A stretch of 64,000 nucleotides of DNA from Porphyridium purpureum (lineage: Eukaryota). The stretch is from positions 248,001 through 312,000 of the forward strand of contig VRMN01000002.1 of assembly GCA_008690995.1 (NCBI GenBank), given 5' to 3'. This document shows positions 29,502 through 38,491 of this stretch, one piece after another; within the stretch, counting starts at the first letter, position 1; each line of letters opens with the position of its first letter. The position numbers and the translations under genes are program-made. A model generated the notes under the pieces. The model was not told the origin of the DNA, did no database searches, and saw only the letters and a program-made list of their open reading frames with translations.

Positions 29502-30704
29502 TTAGAACAAGTCCATGATCGCGCTCAAGTATGCCTTGTAGAGTTGCATGAAGCGTGCGCAAAAGGCCTCCAAGTGAAGGATCGGCTTGGAGCCCTTCTG
29601 CATGCGATGCTCGTACATTGCGGCGTGCGCGACCAGTTGCGGCGCGAGCTCCTGGTCGACCTGACGCAGAAGGTTGGCTACGATGGCATGGAATATGATG
29701 TCTGCTGGAATCGCGTGGGTCAGCAGATCGTACAGCTTTTGACGCACGGTCAGCAGGGTGCGTGGCGCCTGCTGAACTAGCATCAGGTCCGAGATGGACG
29801 CGCACGCAAGCTCCCAGTCTGCCTTGGTCACTTGCTGCTCTGCGCTGAACGGGTAGTTTTGGCTCTTGCTGGCCTCCAACTGCAGGAGCGCACGGCGCAT
29901 GTTGCGCCCACTGCTCGCCACGACTTTGGCGCCAAATGAGTCTGTCACAATGAATCCTTCCTTGTTGGCCACGTGCCGTAGCACCTGAACCAGCTCGGTA
30001 TCCGACGGCAGGGGCACGCGCACGCCCAGGCAGCGGCTGCGCAGCGGCTCGATCACCTTGGACGCACTTGTCGCCAGCATGATGATGCGGCACGTGCGCG
30101 CATACTTTTCCATGGTCCGACGCAACGCCTGCTGTGCGAGGCGCGACATGCGGTCGACATCGTGCAACACGAGCACTTTAAACGCCGGCTTGTGTGCTGC
30201 AGAATTGTTGCTGGTGTTGGCACCAGCGGCGGCCGCGCCTTGCGGTTCCGGTCCCGCCGCGTTCTGCTCCTTCTTCTTGGTGGTCTGGAAGGCGTCCAGC
30301 GGCACGCTCGATGCGATTTCCTTGATCATTTCCTGCACCACGAGCCTGTCCTTGATGCCGACGTCCGATGGATTCATCTCGACGTGATGGTTGGACATGA
30401 CCAAGGTCATTTCGACCTCCTTTGGCGGGTCACCCAGCTTGAACACGCGGTGCTGGACGCGCAGCTTTTCCGCCGATGCGCCAAACAGCTCGTGCAAGAC
30501 GCCCATCACGCGCGTGCGCTTGCCCGCGCCGGGCGGGCCGTAGAAAAACAGGTGCGGGACATCGCCCTGGCGCACCAAATTCAGCAGGCGCACGTTCAGC
30601 GCCTTGTGCACCTCGAGCTTGGCCAGGTTTGTGGAGCGGTGCTTGTCCACCCACATCAGCCCGCTCCGCTTATGCTCCTGCTCCATCTTGCCCACGCCCG
30701 TCAT
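29502..30704 (-). CDS. RFC3: Replication factor C small subunit (human RFC3 / yeast Rfc5 type)
   Basis: MWVDKHR, PHLFFYGPPGAGKRTR, ALRRTMEKY, VIEPLRSRCL, RNMRRALLQLE, HLEAF. Confidence 0.92.
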   Translation of the reverse strand: MTGVGKMEQEHKRSGLMWVDKHRSTNLAKLEVHKALNVRLLNLVRQGDVPHLFFYGPPGAGKRTRVMGVLHELFGASAEKLRVQHRVFKLGDPPKEVEMTLVMSNHHVEMNPSDVGIKDRLVVQEMIKEIASSVPLDAFQTTKKKEQNAAGPEPQGAAAAGANTSNNSAAHKPAFKVLVLHDVDRMSRLAQQALRRTMEKYARTCRIIMLATSASKVIEPLRSRCLGVRVPLPSDTELVQVLRHVANKEGFIVTDSFGAKVVASSGRNMRRALLQLEASKSQNYPFSAEQQVTKADWELACASISDLMLVQQAPRTLLTVRQKLYDLLTHAIPADIIFHAIVANLLRQVDQELAPQLVAHAAMYEHRMQKGSKPILHLEAFCARFMQLYKAYLSAIMDLF

Positions 30705-30734
30705 CCACCACCACCACCACCACCACCACCACCA
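30705..30734. repeat. (CCA)10 microsatellite directly 5' of the RFC start
   Basis: ccaccacca run. Confidence 0.85.
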
Positions 30735-32241
30735 TCCCGTCTCCTCCTCTCCCTCTCCCTCTCCCTCTCTCGCGCGCCGCCTCTTGCTCCTTTCCCGCCA
30801 AAAAATTAAAATAAACAATTCACTGAACACCCGCCCAGCCCTAGTCACTGTACACAGGGTTGTCGCCTTTCCATCTCCCAGCCCAGCTGGACAAAGCTTT
30901 CATTCAGCGTCAGGATCAATGAGGACCACCACTCGCGCTCTCGTCATGCTCAGCAGCCTCATCGCGACGACGTGAGCCAGCGCAGCCAGACGGGGAAAAA
31001 AGCGATCCGGTTCTCACGCCCACGGTGAACGAAGACCGCGTCCCGCTGACGCACGCCATTTGCGTGCCGACACCCACTGCGGCCGCACGCTCGGCGCGCC
31101 AGCCGCGCCACCTCCATGCGCAGCTGACATTCCCACCACCGCGCCGTTCTACTTTCTCCAGCCGCGTGCGCCGCGGCGCGCCAAGCCCAATCGCGCAGTT
31201 CCTTCAAGCCGTTGGCGCAGCAACTTCTGCCCCGTTCACACGTCACCCAATCTGCCGCGCGGTGGTGCACTGTACACTACTAAATTAAACACAATATACT
31301 GTACCCCTCTGATCCTCAACCACTGTACACACCCGTGCATATTCACTGTACCTCTCTGTCAGCGTGTTTTTGTGTTTTTGTGTTTTTGGTGTTTTTGGTC
31401 TTTTTGCCCCAGTGGCTCTCTCACGGGTGAGCGAGTGGGAATGAATCCACTCACTCTCCGCATCACGCCCGATTCAATAGCACATCGACGCGAGGTGACC
31501 ATCAATCGATGCCGCAGTTCACACACAACCCGCCAACACTCGTCTCCGTTCGCGCGGTCTCTGTGTCTCTGTGTCTCTTTCTCTCTTTATTCCTCTCTAC
31601 ATTCCTCTCGTTATTCCTCATTACGCGTCGCTCGCAGAAGTTCCTCTTTCTGGATTCCTTTCCTTCTTCATCGTTCGGTCGGTCTAGGTCTCTGTTGTGC
31701 CGTGCGTTCGTGCGTTCTTTCTCGCTGACTCGCGTTACCGCCTCACTTGGCCTCGCGGCGCTCTTTGTTTCTGTGTCGCGTCCAGCTCGCGCACGTGCTC
31801 TCCCTTTGTCTTTCTGTGTGTCCAAGTTCCGGTCACAAGACAACACCCGTTTGGATACCACGCCGCGCGCTGTCTGATATGCCACCATCATCGATTCCAA
31901 ACGTGTTTCTCGAAACGCATACGCAAAGCAAACACACACGCAGACACGAGAGGTGTGTGATGTGAATGCGCGTGGATTGTGGCGATTTGCGCCAACACGC
32001 AGTCGGCCGGTCACTCGTGCGCTCGTGCGATCGTGTGATCAATAAAGGTGGCGCACGCGCTCAGCTGCGACACACTGCATCGCGACAGGAACTCATCTGC
32101 GCGCCGCTTCACCTGGACGCTACTGGCCGAGCGTAGGAATTGCAGACGACGTGCGGAAGCGCCTGGGACGTATTAAAGGCGCCGTGTGCTGCAATTCAGG
32201 GTCCTGTGCAGGTGTCGTGGTGCGACGCAGGCAACGAGGGA

Positions 32242-33063
32242 ATGGTCGAGACCGTCAACCCAAGAATGGACTCGCACCGCCGCTCGCAAAAGGGCGTGTT
32301 CATGAAGTTCTCCAGTAAGGCGAGCGCGGGCAGTAGTTGCGACTCCAAGCTAACGCCGCACTCGAGTGGGGGCGCGTTCGAGTTAAATGGCCGCGTCATG
32401 ACGGACAAGTCGGAGAATAGCTCCCTGACCTCGCCGCATATGAGCAGAGAGCAGTCCAGCGTGACAGACAAGTCCTCGTCGTTCAGCAGAAGCAGGTCCC
32501 TCACCGTGCGCTTTTCGCGAGATAATTCGGCAAATGCCATCGTCGCACCAGACATACACAGACTGCCGGTAGACGTGTGCCACAACCCCTCGGTGCGTGT
32601 CGTCATCAAGCCGCGCGCAAGTAACTCGAAGAAGCGCGAGCTGACTTACTCTGTCATGAAGCTCAAGCGCGATGACGAGACGTGGCGCGAGTTGCTTGAC
32701 GAGGTCGAATACCAGGCCCTGCGAAAGGGCAACTACGAGGCGCCCTTTAAACATCTTCCGGCGCTCAAGGGCCCCACTGCCAACGTCATACTGTTTTGCC
32801 GCGCGTGCGACGCGCCGTTGTTTGAAGGTAAGGATCTCGTGGATATGAGCGAAGGGTACCCCAAGCTGCGACGCAGCATGGTAGGCATTCTCGGGAATGT
32901 GCTGGGGGAGTACCGCGGCATGCCTCGCGCCGAGGTTCACTGCAAGGGCTGTGACTCGTTTGTTGGCTCCATTGAGAACGATTTTGTGACTGGATCGGCT
33001 GTGGCGCTGGTGCGCCGTGTGCTGTCTGCAGAAGGCTACGCCGCGGTCGTCCCAACGTTGTGA
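32242..33063 (+). CDS. MsrB-like zinc-binding protein lacking catalytic residues
   Basis: WRELLDEVEYQALRKG.YEAPF, CRACDAPLF, GYP, RAEVHCKGCD; no HLGHVF or RxCxN. Confidence 0.72.
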   Translation: MVETVNPRMDSHRRSQKGVFMKFSSKASAGSSCDSKLTPHSSGGAFELNGRVMTDKSENSSLTSPHMSREQSSVTDKSSSFSRSRSLTVRFSRDNSANAIVAPDIHRLPVDVCHNPSVRVVIKPRASNSKKRELTYSVMKLKRDDETWRELLDEVEYQALRKGNYEAPFKHLPALKGPTANVILFCRACDAPLFEGKDLVDMSEGYPKLRRSMVGILGNVLGEYRGMPRAEVHCKGCDSFVGSIENDFVTGSAVALVRRVLSAEGYAAVVPTL

Positions 33064-33374
33064 TGATCGTCTCGAACAATTTGCCTGTTGAATAGATGAA
33101 TATGAAGACGGATGCTTCCATTATCGGTGTTGAAATAAAAAGAAAACAAAATGTCGGAGCACGTTCATGTCTACTCTTTCGTTTGCGCGAAGTGTGACCC
33201 GCTGCGACGTGCCTCCGGCAGTGCGCAAAGGCCGTCTCTCCATTCATCTACCGTATCCATTCAATCTCCACGCGCGGATCGACGCCGGCCACTTGCTTCC
33301 AATGAACCGGATTTTTCCAAAATGCAGCAAAAGTGCGTGACATGTTCCGAAGAGAACTTGGAGTGGAATGACAG

Positions 33375-34556
33375 ATGGATTCGCGGCGTATGGAGACATT
33401 CATTCCGAGCGCGCAGCCTCTGGTGGCGCTGCGGAGGGAGCGGGCGCGAGTGCCATTCACGCGGAACGCAAACTTCCGGCCAAGGGCGGCGAGGGTGCGC
33501 ACGTCGCGCCCGGCGGGCGCGGCGGCGTTGTTACGACCTCGCATGTCGCTTGATGATGCAGACAACAGGCAGCCGGGTGGTTCACCTGCGCCTGACGACG
33601 TAGACATTGCGTCGCTCCCGCTGCGGCCATTTCGGGAAGTGTACGAGGACGCGGAGAACCTCGGCAAGTTTGACCGCACTGGCGCGTACGCTATCTTTGA
33701 CGCTCGGCGCTCAATGCAGTACCTCGGGTACTCGAAGAATGTGCGGAGAAAGCTGCTGATGCACGCGAGCGTTCAGCGCGGCGCGTGTCAGTACTTCAAA
33801 ATGTACACGCCGCCCTCGGCGGATGCCTCGGGGCCAGACGAGCTCGAGCGCGTGCTCAAGTCATGGGTGCTCCAGAATGGGCGCCTCCCGCCAGGCAATG
33901 GCCCAGACCGTTTATTGTGGGAAGTTCCGCTCGCGCGCTCGAGCTTGGATGAGCAGGAGCGCCAGGAGCGTGTGCGCGAACGTGCAATTGTGCCCACGCG
34001 CCGCACTCGCGAGCGAACGGAACGCGCACGATCGTCGTACCGTGGCGATGAGGACGACGACTTGGATTTGGATGAGGCACTAGACCAAATGGGCCGCATG
34101 GCGAAAAAAGTCGCTGCGCGCACGTTCCGGGTTCTACAAAGCGGGACGAAAAGGGCCGCACAGATGTACGACGAATTGCGGGCCGAGTACGTCGAGGAGA
34201 CCGAGCAGGATCGCCGCGGGCAGTCCGTCGTCATTGACCCGCTCGACCCGTTTGCACCGGCGGCATCAGAGGCGAGGCGCAAGCAGCAGCCTTCTAGCGC
34301 TCAATCGCGCCGTACCAGAAGTGCTGAGCGTCAGCAGCGTGCGGATGCGTCTGCTTCCTCGGACAGAAGAGCCAGGGTACCTGGGTACGGAGACGGTGAC
34401 GATGACGACTACTCTTTGATGAATGACTGGACCCGCATCACGCAGCAAGAATGGTTTCCGGTGGCGGCGTTGTTCGGCTTTGTGACCTTGATGGCGCTTT
34501 TGAGCCTGGGTGACCCGGGCGTCAGTCAAGTGGGTCAGAAGACTCTAGGTATGTGA
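33375..34556 (+). CDS. GIY-YIG-domain protein (cyanobacterial/GRXS16-N-like), plastid-targeted, C-terminal TM helix
   Basis: GAYAIFD....QYLGYSKNV...L..H, W...NG..PPGN; start is 33375 or 33390 (METFIPS); hydrophobic tail. Confidence 0.75.
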   Translation: MDSRRMETFIPSAQPLVALRRERARVPFTRNANFRPRAARVRTSRPAGAAALLRPRMSLDDADNRQPGGSPAPDDVDIASLPLRPFREVYEDAENLGKFDRTGAYAIFDARRSMQYLGYSKNVRRKLLMHASVQRGACQYFKMYTPPSADASGPDELERVLKSWVLQNGRLPPGNGPDRLLWEVPLARSSLDEQERQERVRERAIVPTRRTRERTERARSSYRGDEDDDLDLDEALDQMGRMAKKVAARTFRVLQSGTKRAAQMYDELRAEYVEETEQDRRGQSVVIDPLDPFAPAASEARRKQQPSSAQSRRTRSAERQQRADASASSDRRARVPGYGDGDDDDYSLMNDWTRITQQEWFPVAALFGFVTLMALLSLGDPGVSQVGQKTLGM

Positions 34557-34639
34557 TCCGGGGCGGTAGACTGTCCGATTGACAGACAAAAGCTGGTTTC
34601 TGGCGTCATGCGTTTGTTAGTTTTGCTTGATAATATACT

Positions 34640-35377
34640 TTACGCGTCATCGTCGTTAATATCGCGGCCGTCGTCATCATCGTCATCATCATCATCATAA
34701 TCCTCGTCGGGCACGTGCGTTAGATGCGCGCCGTGCGTCGCGCCTATGCTGCCAACATAGTATGGCGTACCGGCAGGATCCACCCCATGTACCGCGTCAG
34801 CATGTAGTATTGTGGGCAGTTGTAAATGAGACGGCAAGGCGACGCTTCCCGTTCTTCCTTCCGTGCTTTCTCGGCTTTTCTTGACAGAGTCTTTATCCGT
34901 GTCCGCCTTGCGCGGTCGACCTCGTTTCCTCTTGCTGGCGTCCGCAGCAGCGTCGTTATTGCCTGATTCTGGAGAGGCAAGAGGCGCTTGCTTGCGGGAC
35001 TTGAGCGATTTCGAGCCCTCCTCTCGCCTTTGCAGTACCGAGGACGACCCGGAACTGGCGCTCAGCAGCCGCAGTGATGCTGCCACGCCAGGGTCCACGC
35101 CGCCCACGTCCGGCACTTGCGCCACGCCGGCCCGCAAAAAATCAAATGCCTTGACATGGCCTACAGCAAACTTCAGATGCGACGCGGTGATGGTGCGCGT
35201 GTTCTTTGCGTGCGCCACATTGGCCGCGTTACGAATCAGGTCGTCCAGCAGCAACTCGAGCGCTTTGGCCACCAAGAACGGCGCATCCGCGCCAATCTTG
35301 CCAACATCTTCGTCCGCCTGCATCATCTTCTTAATGCGCGCCGTCGGGAACGCAGTCCCGGTCCTCCGCTTGGGCAT
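34640..35377 (-). CDS. DRAP1: NC2 alpha (DRAP1/Bur6) histone-fold transcription cofactor
   Basis: FPTARIKKMMQADEDVGKI, KALELLL, ITASHLK, FDFL; AT-hook-like KRKRGRPRK. Confidence 0.88.
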   Translation of the reverse strand: MPKRRTGTAFPTARIKKMMQADEDVGKIGADAPFLVAKALELLLDDLIRNAANVAHAKNTRTITASHLKFAVGHVKAFDFLRAGVAQVPDVGGVDPGVAASLRLLSASSGSSSVLQRREEGSKSLKSRKQAPLASPESGNNDAAADASKRKRGRPRKADTDKDSVKKSRESTEGRTGSVALPSHLQLPTILHADAVHGVDPAGTPYYVGSIGATHGAHLTHVPDEDYDDDDDDDDDGRDINDDDA

Positions 35378-35618
35378 CGCGATCCCCCTCAAGCAGAAAC
35401 ACAATCACAAAGACAACGTTTCTCTTCTTCGCCCCCTCGCACATTCGAGCACTGCCGCCTAGCGTCGATCAGTCACGTTCATTCGGTTTATCGACTCATT
35501 GTTCCCCTCGTCAGTGAAAGGAACTGATAAACCGGATTCTGAAGTTGCTCGGTGCAGCGTCGGCGCGAGCTGTTTCCCGGTGGCCGCGCGCGTCACGCCG
35601 CAAGAACGTGGTCGGCAG

Positions 35619-36890
35619 ATGAGCCACATGGTCGGCTTTATCGCAAGCGGCGCGCTTCGTCCGGTGGTGCGGTCGCGGATAAGCTCAAATGCCGTCCGAG
35701 TGAGTCTGCAGGCATCGAGCCGCGCGCGCGCAAAGTGCGTGCGGTTTAGCGCGCATGAAACCGAAGCCCGCCAGCAAGACGCGCTGTTGCGGCGCACGGC
35801 CGCCGCGGTGCAGGAGCAGAGTGCCGGAGAAGGAAGCCGAATGGAGCTCCAGTACGGCGCGCGACTTCGTGAATACGAGACAGAATATCAAAAGCTACTG
35901 CAGATTGAAAACCCGGCCGAGAGGAAAACGCGCATCCGTGCGTACTCGCGCAGTCTTCCCTTGCCGATGGAAACCGACTGGGTGCTGGACATTATCTACG
36001 AAGACGCGCATTGCGTGGTCATTAACAAACCACAAGCTGTGAATATGCATCCGGCGCATCGTTGGTTGGGTGGCACGCTCCTGAATCGCGTCCTCGGCCA
36101 CGTCGCGTTCAGTGGACAGATGGCACAGCCCGTCGGACTCCTTTATCCGCACATGACACCGCCCGCGTACATTGTGCATCGTCTTGACAACGAAACAAGC
36201 GGCGTGGTTTTCTTTGCCAAGCAAAGGGAGGCGCTGCTGAAAATGCAGGAGGCATTCACGCAGCGCACCGTCCGCAAAAAATACCTCGCACTGGTCGAGC
36301 GCACGAGCGACACGTTTCCGCTGCCTGGTGATGGAGTGCGAGTGGTAGAAGGCTTCATGGATCGTGACGAAGACTGCCCGTGTGGCTTTAGGCGGAAAAT
36401 GGTCGATGAGGGACGCGGTAAAAGTAGCGTCACGCTCATCACGACCTTGGAAGTCGACCCGAGCCAGAGATTTGCCCTCGTGTGTGCGCAGCCCGTCACA
36501 GGACGAACCCACCAGATCCGCGTACATTGCGCGCATCTAGGCGGCCCAATTTTGAACGACTGGGCGTACGTTGCGCCGAATTCTGAGACGTGGAGCCAGT
36601 CACCCCCTTCCCAAGCAGACGGAGAAAACGTTGATCAGCTGTTGCGTCTTCACGCAGCGATATTGGAGCTGCCCTTCAGCACGCTCAAGCATTTTCCTTC
36701 GTGGAAAGCGCCATTTGTGGCTCGTCTTCCGCCTGCATTCGTGCTGCATGCCCAGCAGCTGGGCATCAGAGGTGTTGAGCGCCACCTCGCGCAACTCGCG
36801 GCTGAAAGTGACGGCGCGGCAAGCAAGCAAAGTAAGGATACACAGGACGGCACACAAACCAGCGCGGTTGCGACTTTATCACTTGACTAA
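35619..36890 (+). CDS. RluA/RluD-family RNA pseudouridine synthase, organellar
   Basis: IIYED...VINKP, HRLDNETSG, KKYLALV, TGRTHQIRVH, LRLHA. Confidence 0.9.
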   Translation: MSHMVGFIASGALRPVVRSRISSNAVRVSLQASSRARAKCVRFSAHETEARQQDALLRRTAAAVQEQSAGEGSRMELQYGARLREYETEYQKLLQIENPAERKTRIRAYSRSLPLPMETDWVLDIIYEDAHCVVINKPQAVNMHPAHRWLGGTLLNRVLGHVAFSGQMAQPVGLLYPHMTPPAYIVHRLDNETSGVVFFAKQREALLKMQEAFTQRTVRKKYLALVERTSDTFPLPGDGVRVVEGFMDRDEDCPCGFRRKMVDEGRGKSSVTLITTLEVDPSQRFALVCAQPVTGRTHQIRVHCAHLGGPILNDWAYVAPNSETWSQSPPSQADGENVDQLLRLHAAILELPFSTLKHFPSWKAPFVARLPPAFVLHAQQLGIRGVERHLAQLAAESDGAASKQSKDTQDGTQTSAVATLSLD

Positions 36891-37070
36891 AACGTGCAGC
36901 TAACTTTTACTCCCGAAGCATACATGGCGTACCGACCAGGTTGCGGCAGACGACATGGTCTTGTGCTCTCCGCTGAAGAAACGAGGGAACACGACGACAA
37001 GTCCGACGCGAAGCATGCACTGATGCTGACCACTAGTTGGCTGGCGAAGAAAAGACAGACAGCAGCACAA

Positions 37071-38129
37071 CTAGTGCACAACAGCCACCATGAAAAGCAA
37101 AAAGTTCTCCAGCACCGTGAGTGGCCACAAAAAGATGTTGAATGGGAACGGAACCGTAAACAAGTGGCTGAGCTGCCACCAAAATCCAAATCCAGCCAGC
37201 GCACCGGTTGCAACCATAAAAAGCACGCTCCCTGGACTCACTTTTTCCTTCTTGGCAAAGTTCTTGCGCGTCACGTATGCAATCAGGCCCGCCCAAAACA
37301 TCTCAGAGCCTCGCAAGCTCGAGTAGAATCCTTCAATTACTCTGAACACGAACGATGCAAGCAGCGCGCCAAGAACACGCCACGTCCAGCTCAATGCCTC
37401 CGGAATCCACTTTCGGTACTCCTTGGGACAAAGCCTCACAATGACATGCTCAAGCATGGGCGAAAGTGTACGGTCGAGCACGTCGCCGATCGTGGCGCCC
37501 AGAGCGATCATTTGGGCAAAGCGCGAGCGCAGTGTAGCGAGAACGGCCACGCATCCAGCCAGCAGACCATCCATGCCAAGCGAAAGCTCCTGAGGATCAC
37601 ACACTTTGAGGAAAAGCTGAATCTTCCTCGTCATCAGCTCACGCTTCGAGATCTGCAGAACGTCCGGAATCCCGTCCGCATTCTCATCGAGCGTCTGGTC
37701 CTCCTTATGCGCGGCGTAAAATTCGGTGACGTTCTCCCAGATGAGGCCCCACGACTCCTTGATGCGCGAAAAGCCAAAGAGGCGGAATGCCTCGAGCGCC
37801 GCGAGGCACAGCATGAACGTGCCTCCGAAAAAGCACAGCAGCAGACCGTAGATCATGGGCATCCACTCTTCCGGGTGCCAGGGCTTGATAAACACATACG
37901 CCTTGTGAATGTAGTGAAACAGCTTGCCCAGCAGAGGCCCCACGACGTCCAGCACCTTGCCGAGGAACAGAAACAGCGGCATCAGCTTGGTGAGCGTTTC
38001 CTGCAGCGGGCCGAGCGGCGCGTCATCGTCCACCACTAAATTCGGGTCCTCTGGGTCCTCCTTTCCGCGTGCAGCCGCATCGTACGGTTGCGCTTGGCCA
38101 TCATCAATCAGCCTCGCCACCTCTGCCAT
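37071..38129 (-). CDS. Uncharacterised polytopic membrane protein
   Basis: Multiple hydrophobic segments; DENADGIPD loop; C-terminal PFPFNIFLWPL. Confidence 0.75.
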   Translation of the reverse strand: MAEVARLIDDGQAQPYDAAARGKEDPEDPNLVVDDDAPLGPLQETLTKLMPLFLFLGKVLDVVGPLLGKLFHYIHKAYVFIKPWHPEEWMPMIYGLLLCFFGGTFMLCLAALEAFRLFGFSRIKESWGLIWENVTEFYAAHKEDQTLDENADGIPDVLQISKRELMTRKIQLFLKVCDPQELSLGMDGLLAGCVAVLATLRSRFAQMIALGATIGDVLDRTLSPMLEHVIVRLCPKEYRKWIPEALSWTWRVLGALLASFVFRVIEGFYSSLRGSEMFWAGLIAYVTRKNFAKKEKVSPGSVLFMVATGALAGFGFWWQLSHLFTVPFPFNIFLWPLTVLENFLLFMVAVVH

Positions 38130-38491
38130 CCTCCTCTTCCATGCACCTCTCTCTCTCACTCTCTGCCCAACTCACGCCCCAATCTCTCCTCCACCTGCTC
38201 TGCTCCGGTTGAGCCAACTCTGAATCTCCTCGTTTTTTCCTTCTAAAATGGTATCATTTTTATATGCGATCGAACACGGCTTAACTGCCAAATTCCGGCA
38301 ACGGACAGACGATGATTTTGACGAGGTGAGGCTCTGCCGAATCCCAGGACCTGTCTCTACAAGCTCGTACGTACACACACACACACACACACGCGGTATC
38401 GTCTTCGCATGACTTCACAATCTCCTTGAATGCGTTCATGTCTTTACTGAATGTATTTATACGCTGGCTTTGCTGACGCCGGAGACCATGT

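Noticed and set aside
30705..30848. Poly-Trp N-terminal extension of RFC in the ORF track
   Set aside because: Translation of a (TGG)n 5' microsatellite from a non-ATG start
33375..34556. GIY-YIG gene as a homing endonuclease or Penelope-like mobile element
   Set aside because: It has a transit peptide and TM anchor, with no reverse transcriptase, host intron or flanking repeats
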